A stretch of 64,000 nucleotides of DNA, from positions 672,001 to 736,000 of the forward strand of contig OY771506.1 in assembly GCA_963674705.1 (NCBI GenBank), read 5' to 3'. The DNA is from Phycisphaeraceae bacterium. GTDB taxonomy: Bacteria; Planctomycetota; Phycisphaerae; Phycisphaerales; Phycisphaeraceae. Under the pieces are notes generated by a model. The model was not told where the DNA came from. It searched no databases and saw only the letters and a list, made by a program, of their open reading frames with translations. Positions 49,193 through 57,289 of this stretch are shown one piece after another. Within the stretch, counting starts at the first letter, position 1; each line of letters opens with the position of its first letter. The translations under genes were made by a program, and so were the position numbers.

Positions 49193-50704
49193 ATGCCATA
49201 TACATTTTTAAAACGTAACCACTCGTTTGCTTCTGCTCTTCTGTTCAGCGTCTTAGCGTTGACGCTCTCCGGCTGCCTCGGCCGAGGCACCGTCGATGAG
49301 CCGACCCAACTTTCACTCGCCGAAAAACTCGACACAATCCTGCACAGCAAGGCAGACACCGGCGCGATCGTCTCCGCTCGCTTCGTCGAAGTACCCAGCG
49401 GCAACGTCATCTACGAAACCGAAAACACCGACTATCCGTTCAAGCCCGCGAGCAACATGAAACTCACCGTCACGTCCGCCGGCCTGGACTTCTACGGCTC
49501 GGACCACACCTTCAAAACCTACCTCGCGCTCGACGGTAAAGACCTCTGGATCATCGGGACAGGCGACCCCGCGACCGGTGACCCGAGACTCGCCAAAGCA
49601 GCCGGTGGCGACCCGACCACCATGCTCGGTGATTGGGCCAAAGCCCTCAAAGATCGCGGCATCACGCAGATCGACGGCGACATCGTCTACGACGATCTCA
49701 TCTTCGATAAGTTCTACATCCACCCGTCGTGGTGGCCCAGCAACCTCCTGCACTGGTACGCGGCCCCGGTCTCCGGCCTCGCGTTCAACGATAACTGCGT
49801 CGACATCACAGTCACCCCGGCAGAAGAAGGCGAGCCCGCCAACTACACCGTCATGCCCCCGGTCGAGAACATCGAGGTCATCAACAACACGATCTGCGGC
49901 GGTGAAGAAAACAACCCTTCAATCGTCAAGAAAACCGGCGGCAACATCTACGTCATCTCGGGCCCGGTCACCAAAGAAACCGAACTGAAAAGTAAACCCG
50001 TCGAAGACCCCGGCGCGTTCTTCGCCGATGCACTGAAAACAAAACTGAAAGCCGAAGGCATCGAAGTGACGGGCAAAATCCGCCGCGCCGAAGCGCACCT
50101 CGATGGCAGCCTGGTCCCCTCCGATGACAAGATCGTCGCGGTCCACGAATCCACGATCGCGGATGTGCTCTCGCGCATCAACAAGCAGAGCCAGAACCTG
50201 TTCGCCGAAATGCTCTGTAAGTCGATGGGACATGACTATCAACTTAAGCGTGGTAAAAACGAGCCCGGCTCCTGGCTAAACGGCAGCTTCGTGATCGAAA
50301 AGTTCTTCGCAGAACACGGCATCAACGCGCACCCGCTCGTCGTCACCGACGGCTCGGGACTCAGCGATAACAACCGCGTCACCACCAAGATGATCAGCGA
50401 AATATTCCTTGTGATGCACGACCACAAGGACGCCAAGGTCTTCTGGGACAGCCTCACCATCGGCGGCATCGACGGCACGATCGGTAGCCGATTCAAAGAG
50501 GTAAAAGGTAGAGTACGTGGCAAGACCGGCTTCATCGACGGCGTCCGCTCACTCTCCGGCTACGTCGAAACCGACGCCGGCCCCACCGTCATCTTCTCCA
50601 TCATCTATAACCAGATCCCCGATTCCGTCAAACCCTTCGAGCAACTGCAAGACGAAGCCGTCATGCTCATCATGCACGAATACAAACCCACCGATACGCA
50701 ATAA
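49193..50704 (+). CDS. dacB: D-Ala-D-Ala carboxypeptidase/endopeptidase, PBP4 (peptidase S13), lipoprotein
   Basis: PASNMK (SxxK), GTGDP, SQN, DGSGLS, GKTG; lipobox LSGC. Confidence 0.92.
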   Translation: MPYTFLKRNHSFASALLFSVLALTLSGCLGRGTVDEPTQLSLAEKLDTILHSKADTGAIVSARFVEVPSGNVIYETENTDYPFKPASNMKLTVTSAGLDFYGSDHTFKTYLALDGKDLWIIGTGDPATGDPRLAKAAGGDPTTMLGDWAKALKDRGITQIDGDIVYDDLIFDKFYIHPSWWPSNLLHWYAAPVSGLAFNDNCVDITVTPAEEGEPANYTVMPPVENIEVINNTICGGEENNPSIVKKTGGNIYVISGPVTKETELKSKPVEDPGAFFADALKTKLKAEGIEVTGKIRRAEAHLDGSLVPSDDKIVAVHESTIADVLSRINKQSQNLFAEMLCKSMGHDYQLKRGKNEPGSWLNGSFVIEKFFAEHGINAHPLVVTDGSGLSDNNRVTTKMISEIFLVMHDHKDAKVFWDSLTIGGIDGTIGSRFKEVKGRVRGKTGFIDGVRSLSGYVETDAGPTVIFSIIYNQIPDSVKPFEQLQDEAVMLIMHEYKPTDTQ

Positions 50705-50766
50705 CGTGCCCTTTCAATAGCCGCGAGCTGCCAGCTCGCGCGCCAATGAACAGCCCCCACATATAG

Positions 50767-50790
50767 CCCGACCACCGCGGTCGGGTTTTT
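50767..50790 (+). terminator. Rho-independent terminator
   Basis: GCCCGACC-ACCGC-GGTCGGG-TTTTT. Confidence 0.65.
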
Positions 50791-50994
50791 CTTTTACCCC
50801 TATTTTTCCCGATAAAAACGCTCGCTCGGCGCGGGCCTCCCGACCCCGCCGCCCCCTTAGCCCCCGGCTTGCCGGGGGTACCCAACCCGCACTTCATTCA
50901 ACAACAAACAACACACCCCATCAGCCGGGACCAAAGGTCTAGCTATAGCACGAACCAAAAGCCCGAATCCCATCCCCTCACCAACCCCGCTCAA

Positions 50995-51023
50995 GACATC
51001 TAATATAAGTTATATTAGATGTC
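50995..51023. repeat. Perfect 29-bp palindrome, copy 3 (GACATCTAATATAA-G-TTATATTAGATGTC)
   Basis: Read directly. Confidence 0.95.
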
Positions 51024-51051
51024 GTAAAGCAAACCCACCGCACAACCGCCC

Positions 51052-52131
51052 TTACCCCAACCAATCCCACTCCACCAGACCGAGCGCCCCGTCTGCCGTC
51101 AATTCGTATTCCGCATTCAACGGCAGCGGCGCGTACTGCGGCCCATGCCCGACCGGTAACTGATACGCAACCGGGAAACCATACCGCTCCGCCTGCGTAA
51201 CGAATATCCCCTTGATCGCTTCAAAGTTTTCGTAAACCGGACGCAGCGGGATACGCTCGTGCTTGGATTTATCCGACATCACCATCGCCGCCTGCTCCGG
51301 CGAAGGTTTATGCTTGAGCACCTGGTACGCATCGTCCACACAATCCGTAAATTCACCCAGCACCACCGCCGCGATCCCATCCAGCCCGCCCGCCTGCGCG
51401 ATCTGGTTGAACAATGAATCCAATCGGTAATACCCTTCGCCAAGGTCTTCAAAGAACAGGATCTTCCCGGCCATGTCCTTCTCTTCCCAGGGCGTACCCG
51501 TCAGGTAATTCCACACCGCGAGGTTCCCGCCGATGAGTTTGCCGCGGATCGTTTGCTTCGGCGCGTTGGCCAGGTAGCGCATCCGTTCGTTGTGCCAGGA
51601 CATCGCGATCTTCTGCTGACGAACCAGCGCGAGTGTATCGTCGAAGTGCGCGTTACTGATGCTGTAAAAGTCGCTGGCAGGCATCGAGGCGTGCAGCGTC
51701 GACCAGCCCCAGCGCGAGTGTACGTAGTGATGCAGCGCAGTCACATCCGAATAACCAACCAGCAGCTTCTTCTTCGGCACGCCACGCAACGCGGTCAACT
51801 CATCCAATATCGGTAGCAACCTCGGCCCGCCCGAACCACCTCGGCCCGACCAGATCACGTCGATCTGCGGATCATGGGCAAACTCAAACAGCGCCTCGGC
51901 GCGCTCACGGTCCGTGCCGGCAAACCAGTAGTGCTGCTTGGCGCATTGCTCGTGCACTCGGACGTTGAACCCCGCGTTTCTCAGCTTATCAACGCCGAGC
52001 GACAGCTCGACCTGGGGCGTGGCGGAACAGGGACAGACGATGCCGATGTTGGTAATCATGATGTTTGGGTCTTGAGTCTGGGGCCTGGTCGGATTCTTCA
52101 ATACACTTTGGATCCGCAAGGATATCGACAT
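51052..52131 (-). CDS. LD-carboxypeptidase (peptidase S66)
   Basis: FAGTDRERA, RGGSG, VGYSDVTAL, GGNL, ILFFED, PVGHG; start may be 52059. Confidence 0.92.
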   Translation of the reverse strand: MSISLRIQSVLKNPTRPQTQDPNIMITNIGIVCPCSATPQVELSLGVDKLRNAGFNVRVHEQCAKQHYWFAGTDRERAEALFEFAHDPQIDVIWSGRGGSGGPRLLPILDELTALRGVPKKKLLVGYSDVTALHHYVHSRWGWSTLHASMPASDFYSISNAHFDDTLALVRQQKIAMSWHNERMRYLANAPKQTIRGKLIGGNLAVWNYLTGTPWEEKDMAGKILFFEDLGEGYYRLDSLFNQIAQAGGLDGIAAVVLGEFTDCVDDAYQVLKHKPSPEQAAMVMSDKSKHERIPLRPVYENFEAIKGIFVTQAERYGFPVAYQLPVGHGPQYAPLPLNAEYELTADGALGLVEWDWLG

Positions 52132-52176
52132 ACCATAGCGGATAGTAGACGCATGATACCCAAGGAGAACGATCGC

Positions 52177-53223
52177 GTGTCAGACAACAGAACCATCAAG
52201 CTCGGCCTGATCCAGCACGCCTGCCCCGTCGGCTCGACCCCGCAGCAGAACCTGGATAAAGCGATACAAATGATCCGCGACGCCGCCGGCCAAGGCGCTC
52301 ATCTCGTCGCGACGCAGGAACTCTTCACCGGGCCCTACTTCCCGCAGATCGAGGATGATGCCCGCTTCGACCTCGCCGAGCCCATCCCCGGCCCGAGCAG
52401 TAGCGCCCTGTGCAAACTCGCCGATGAACTCGGCATCGAGATCACCGCCAGCCTCTTCGAGAAACGCGCGCCAGGCCTCTACCACAACACCTCCATCATG
52501 ATCGATCAACATGGCAAGATCGTCGGCCAGTACCGCAAGATGCACATCCCCGACGACCCACGCTTCTACGAAAAATACTACTTCACCCCCGGCGACGCAC
52601 CCCCAACAACAATACAACCATCCAATCCTTCCGGGGCCAACGCCGGTGCATGTTGCCCTCCCCCCAACGCCGGTCCCGAGCGCAGCGAAGGTCCGGGTAC
52701 TTCTTCACAAAAAACGGGGTCTGACCCCGTTTATCAATCATCATACTCTTCCCTCCCCAACCCACACGGCTTCACCACCCAGCACATGTCACGCGCCACC
52801 ACCGGCATGCTCGTCTGCTGGGACCAATGGTTCCCCGAGGCCGCACGCATCACCGCGCTCAAGGGCGCCCAGGTCCTCTTCTACCCGACCGCGATCGGCT
52901 GGTACCACGGCGAAACCGACGAGGAGAAACCGCGCCAACGCGAAGCCTGGCAGATCATGCAGCGCTCGCACGCCATCGCCAACGGCGTGTTCGTCGCCGC
53001 GATCAACCGCGTCGGCACCGAGGACGACCTCACCTTCTGGGGCCACTCCTTTATCGCCGACCCCGGCGGCCGCATCATCGCCCAGGCGTCCGGCGACAAG
53101 GAAGAAGTCATCGTCGCCGAGTGCGACTTGTCCAAAATCGAAGCCGTCCGCCGAGGCTGGCCCTTCCTGCGCGACCGCCGCGTCGACGCCTACCAAGGCC
53201 TGCTCAGCCGGATGCTCGACTGA
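52177..53223 (+). CDS. Carbon-nitrogen hydrolase, N-carbamoylputrescine amidase-like, with ~56-aa in-frame insertion
   Basis: QELF, YRKMHIPDDP..YEKYYFTPGD, VCWDQWFPEAAR, YPTAIGW, WPFLRDRR; GTG start after AAGGAG. Confidence 0.92.
   Translation: MSDNRTIKLGLIQHACPVGSTPQQNLDKAIQMIRDAAGQGAHLVATQELFTGPYFPQIEDDARFDLAEPIPGPSSSALCKLADELGIEITASLFEKRAPGLYHNTSIMIDQHGKIVGQYRKMHIPDDPRFYEKYYFTPGDAPPTTIQPSNPSGANAGACCPPPNAGPERSEGPGTSSQKTGSDPVYQSSYSSLPNPHGFTTQHMSRATTGMLVCWDQWFPEAARITALKGAQVLFYPTAIGWYHGETDEEKPRQREAWQIMQRSHAIANGVFVAAINRVGTEDDLTFWGHSFIADPGGRIIAQASGDKEEVIVAECDLSKIEAVRRGWPFLRDRRVDAYQGLLSRMLD
52658..52732. repeat. Two repeat elements inside the amidase coding sequence
   Basis: 52658-52697 matches the reverse complement of intergenic 57171-57210 at 36/40; 52712-52732 is the palindrome AAACGGGGTC-T-GACCCCGTTT. 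Confidence 0.85.
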
Positions 53224-53912
53224 CCAATCTCCCATTTTTCGACACTTTCCCGCGTTCGTGCGCTCAAACGGTCAAACGGCCGGATAATCAACGCGTTTAC
53301 GACAGCCTTGTGCGCATACCCACCAATCACGACAAACCCGTGCGCCCGTTCTGTGGTGGATAAGTCGCGCACGGTGAGCGCGCGATTTGCATTTGACGTT
53401 AATATGGTTCAAGTATGATTTGCGGTGTCGGGGTTCGCCGCGCAGAACCCATTTTGACACCTCCGACATCACCGGGAGCGCTCTCATACCAGCTTCCAAA
53501 TATCATGCCAGGATGTACGAGCAGTCCTCGACTTCGCCCGCAAACAAAACATCGACTTTCTTCAACAGCGCAAGATCGAATGTTCAGAACAAGACACATG
53601 GGACTACGGCACGTTGGCCACCCTGCTCTTCAACCGCCAAGGCGCCTACCGCGGCCCGTCCGATTCGACTTTTGTGTTGATGACGTTTGGTGAAGTTACG
53701 ATCAGGAAGAAGGCGGAGTAGTTGAAGCAGCATACTTTGTCACTTCTTGATTAAAGTGCGACACTCGGCAATCATGTATATTGAATTCGTCACTGACTAT
53801 CGAAGGAGGTGTGACATCATGCAGGCAAGAACAACGACTGGATTTGCATTCAATTTGATGAATACACCTGATCCATGCGCTTCTGGGAAGAGACTGAAAG
53901 GATACCTTCGAT

Positions 53913-54719
53913 ATGTCAATCGAAAGCAAGAACAGTTATTCTGCTGATCCGCACCTTGCGGAAGTTTACGATCAATTCGAGACACAAACAGAAGACGTCG
54001 ACCTGATACGTCGACTCATCGGGACTGAACCTGACCGGTCTATTTTTGAGCCATTTACAGGGACGGGTCGGATCGCTATTCCCATTGCTCGGGACGGGCA
54101 TCGTGTGATCGCACTCGATGATTCGCGGGTGATGCTGGATCGTTTACGACAGAAACTGTCGGATGAATCTCAAGCGGTTCGTGACCGTATCAAGATCGTT
54201 CATGCGAACGTGTTCGCGGCAAGCTGGCCGGACGATCAGGACGTCGTGCTGCTGGGTGGGAATTGCTTCTATGAGGTCAGTTCGTCGGATGAACAGCGAG
54301 CGTTAGTGTTTCGCGCGGCGGCTGCGCTTCGGCCGGGTGGGCATGTTTACATCGGACACGACAACCACCCGAGCGACCTGCTGGATGAGAGCTGGCGGCG
54401 TCCGCCGAACGATCCGCGTCCGGCTTATCCAAGAGGTGAGTGTGCAGACGGGACGCGCCTGGAGGCCACGAGCGAGACTGCGTGGTACGACGTGCACGGC
54501 CGGTTCGTGCACTACAAACGTCGGCTGAACGTGACCTCACCGGACGGAACGGTGACACAACATCTTTGGGAATCCACATGCCATCCAGCCATCATGGCCG
54601 ATACGCTGGCATGGACGGAACAGGCCGGACTGGTTGTCGAGCAGACGTTCGGCGATGTACACGGCATGCCTTATAAACCCGAAAGTAGTCGGGCTATCGT
54701 ATGGGCGCGACGGGATTGA
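53913..54719 (+). CDS. Class I SAM-dependent methyltransferase
   Basis: IFEPFTGTGRIAIPIA..VIALDDSRVML, AAALRPGG. Confidence 0.88.
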   Translation: MSIESKNSYSADPHLAEVYDQFETQTEDVDLIRRLIGTEPDRSIFEPFTGTGRIAIPIARDGHRVIALDDSRVMLDRLRQKLSDESQAVRDRIKIVHANVFAASWPDDQDVVLLGGNCFYEVSSSDEQRALVFRAAAALRPGGHVYIGHDNHPSDLLDESWRRPPNDPRPAYPRGECADGTRLEATSETAWYDVHGRFVHYKRRLNVTSPDGTVTQHLWESTCHPAIMADTLAWTEQAGLVVEQTFGDVHGMPYKPESSRAIVWARRD

Positions 54720-54741
54720 TATGGGTTGCATCAGTGGGAAC

Positions 54742-54770
54742 AAACGGGGCGGCGGTTTGCGTCCCGTTTT
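54742..54770. terminator. Bidirectional terminator-like hairpin between convergent genes
   Basis: AAACGGGGCG...CGTCCCGTTTT. Confidence 0.55.
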
Positions 54771-54850
54771 GTTTATGGGTAAGTCGTAGATCCAGTGTAT
54801 TGCGGCGCGACCGGTGGTCGCGGCTTTACATTATTGGCGTTAATTCAAAC

Positions 54851-55966
54851 TCACGCCTGCGCGAACTTTTTGCCGACGGCGAAGTGTTGGTATTCTTCTT
54901 CGCTGGGTCGGCCCCAGAGCGCCCACAATTCTCTTGTCGATGGGCTCATGATGCAGGCGCCGGCGGTTTCTACGTCGTAGCCGGGGATGGGGGATTGGCA
55001 GACGGAGAAGCCTTCTTCGGTGCGGATGCGGGTGAGTTCCATGAGTTTTTCGACGGTGAGTCGGCCGTGGTTCACGGTCAGGTAGGCGTGGGCCTGGTCG
55101 AGCCGGGTTTCGGTGCTCTGTCGCGCTTGCGGGGTTCGCGGGCGTTCGAGACTGATCATGGGTTGTTCGAGGCAGTGGTTGGAATGTGCGAAACTCTTTT
55201 CGAGCTTGGTGACGCAGCGCAGGGTGGGACCTGCTTCGACGTTGTAGCCTTCACCATCCGGTCCCATGACCATGTAGTTGTGGGCGCCGGCGAGGTCTGC
55301 CTCGGCGAGGATGTTCATGGCGGCATCGAGATCGGTTTGGGCGAGCATCTTGCGGACGACGAAGGGCCAGGTAACGCCGCGCTTGCCTTCGCGCGTGTAG
55401 AGGTTGCTGATGCCGACGCTGATGCCGACTTCGTTCATGCCGATCATGCCGACGCAGCCGTTGACGGTGAACGTGAGTGCGGCGGGCACGCCGTAGGGGT
55501 GGACCTCGAGCATTAAGACGTAGGGCTTGACGCCGACGTGCATATCCCAGGTCTGCGCGAGGTACGGGCGGTTGTCTTTGGCTTCGCCGGCCGAGATGAG
55601 GACGCCTGTGCAGCCGCCGGGGTCGTCGACGATGTGCTGATGCAGGACGTCGGCGAAGTCTGTGAAGCCGTTCATGATGAGCAGCTCATTCATAGGCACG
55701 CCCGAGCCGTCGGAGATGCCTTCGAGTTCGGCGCAGAGGTTGTCGTCGAAGCGGTGGTGATACGGCATACAGCGGTCGGCGAGGTCGTGGATGACGTGCA
55801 GGTGGATGCCGCCACCGGTCCAATCTTTGGACGAACAGAGTTGAAGTCGTTGCTGGGTGAGTTCGCCGATCTCTTTAGCAAAAGCCTGGCCGTGCTTATG
55901 GCCCATGCTGTAGGGATCGCCGCTAACGGAAAGTGTACGGATCGCTGGCAAAGCAGACACCTCCAA
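54851..55966 (-). CDS. C45 family autoproteolytic acyltransferase/peptidase
   Basis: GDPYSMGHKHG, GGCT (autocleavage Cys), AQTWD, GMNEVGI, HSNH. Confidence 0.88.
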   Translation of the reverse strand: MEVSALPAIRTLSVSGDPYSMGHKHGQAFAKEIGELTQQRLQLCSSKDWTGGGIHLHVIHDLADRCMPYHHRFDDNLCAELEGISDGSGVPMNELLIMNGFTDFADVLHQHIVDDPGGCTGVLISAGEAKDNRPYLAQTWDMHVGVKPYVLMLEVHPYGVPAALTFTVNGCVGMIGMNEVGISVGISNLYTREGKRGVTWPFVVRKMLAQTDLDAAMNILAEADLAGAHNYMVMGPDGEGYNVEAGPTLRCVTKLEKSFAHSNHCLEQPMISLERPRTPQARQSTETRLDQAHAYLTVNHGRLTVEKLMELTRIRTEEGFSVCQSPIPGYDVETAGACIMSPSTRELWALWGRPSEEEYQHFAVGKKFAQA

Positions 55967-56252
55967 GTGTGGTACGCGATGTGTTTGTTAATTATACGTG
56001 ATGTGGGGCTGGGGGCCAGTGGAATTTGGGGATTAGGGATTGGGGGTTGGGGATTCGTAATTGAGTATTTGAATTAATTCGGTTGATGCGGATTGACTGA
56101 CGCGGCGATCTGCGATCACCCGCTAAACAGTGGGGAATGGTCAGAAGCTGATCGCATGAGTAAGCAAATAACGTCACGGTCGTGATATTGATCGCCGGGG
56201 AAAACACTTGTTGCGACTAGACCCTGGGCCCTGGACCCTATACCCCAATTCC

Positions 56253-56966
56253 TCAATGTGTCAGCGCGTAGGCGAGGATGTTGACGTTTAGTTTCTTAGC
56301 GCTTTTGACTTCATTTCCGCCGCAGCAGCAGCAGTTGGGGCCGGCGTTGCCGGTGTCGTTGAGGCCGTCGGGCGACCAGATCATGACGACGCGGCCGTCG
56401 ATTTCGAGGGCTTCGAGGTAAGGCAGCCTGGGGCCGCCGGACTTGTAGCGGGACTGGGTGATGTCGTAGACACTGTGGTAGATGGGGTGGTCCGCGGTGA
56501 GTTTGGTGAGTTCGAAGTCGGGGAAGGCTTCGCTCATCATCTTCTTGAAGCTTCGGTTCCACGGCTGGGAGCTGCAGCCGGCGGAGGCGACGAGGAAGCC
56601 GCCGCCATAGAGATAATCCTGAAGGTTGGACAACTGCTGCTCGGTGAGGTCGAAGGTGCCTTCACCGGACATGACCGCGAAGGGGTAGTCGAAGAGTTCC
56701 GCTGAATCGAGGTGGACCTCGTCGAAGCCGGGGTGGGTTTTGATGTGCGTTTCCTCGGCAGCGGTTTTCAGGAAGCCATCGGAGAAGCAGACGGCTGTCT
56801 TGCCGTTATCGTAAACGAGCTTCGCACAATAGACGGCCGCTTCCTTGGGTTCGTTATCGACATCGTCCTCGGCACGGTCGGATTGTTGAGCGGAGAGCGA
56901 GGGGACGATGAGCGTGATGATTGCGAGCAAGGCAAGGAGACGGGATTTGTGGGTGATGGATTTCAT
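56253..56966 (-). CDS. DUF4159 domain protein
   Basis: ELFDYPFAVMSGEG, YLYGGGFL, DHPIY, NILAYALTH. Confidence 0.85.
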   Translation of the reverse strand: MKSITHKSRLLALLAIITLIVPSLSAQQSDRAEDDVDNEPKEAAVYCAKLVYDNGKTAVCFSDGFLKTAAEETHIKTHPGFDEVHLDSAELFDYPFAVMSGEGTFDLTEQQLSNLQDYLYGGGFLVASAGCSSQPWNRSFKKMMSEAFPDFELTKLTADHPIYHSVYDITQSRYKSGGPRLPYLEALEIDGRVVMIWSPDGLNDTGNAGPNCCCCGGNEVKSAKKLNVNILAYALTH

Positions 56967-57019
56967 CGGGGTGCCTTGGAGGTATTTTAAGGTAATCGAT
57001 GAGTAGTATTCAATATTTA

Positions 57020-57280
57020 ATCTGTAATTGCTGATGTTTAATCGCTAATTGGGGGAGAGAAGAGTCGTTCACGGTTTGTGGCTAGGGTGGTGTGTCGATT
57101 GAGGGTGAAGATTGAATGTTAGCGAGTGAATATTAGCGTTTAACGATTAAAGATTAGAGATTAAATGCGGCCCGGCCCTTCGCTTCGCTCAGAACCGGCG
57201 TTGGGGGGAGTAAAGCCATTAGCCCTTAGCTGTTAGCCATTAGCACAAATCATAAATTATCAATCCTAAATCATAAATTT
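57020..57280. repeat. Intergenic cluster of heptamer repeats and a GAGCGAAGCGA-type element (57171-57210)
   Basis: TTAGCCA/TTAGCTG units (inverse of 32124-32154), AAATCAT units, TTAACGA/TTAAAGA units. Confidence 0.7.
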
Positions 57281-57289
57281 TTCCAGACC

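Noticed and set aside
10375..51023. Palindrome copies as CRISPR repeats or canonical parS
   Set aside because: Copies are 14-26 kb apart with no spacer array or cas genes; the sequence does not match the parS consensus TGTTTCACGTGAAACA
51874..52176. N-terminal 101 aa of the 449-aa ORF
   Set aside because: Overlaps the divergent LD-carboxypeptidase; homology and RBS support a GTG start at 52177
53391..53418. dif-like site at the skew switch (ATTTGACGTTA...)
   Set aside because: Three mismatches to the XerD arm, no XerC-like arm, and the skew polarity is opposite to that of a terminus
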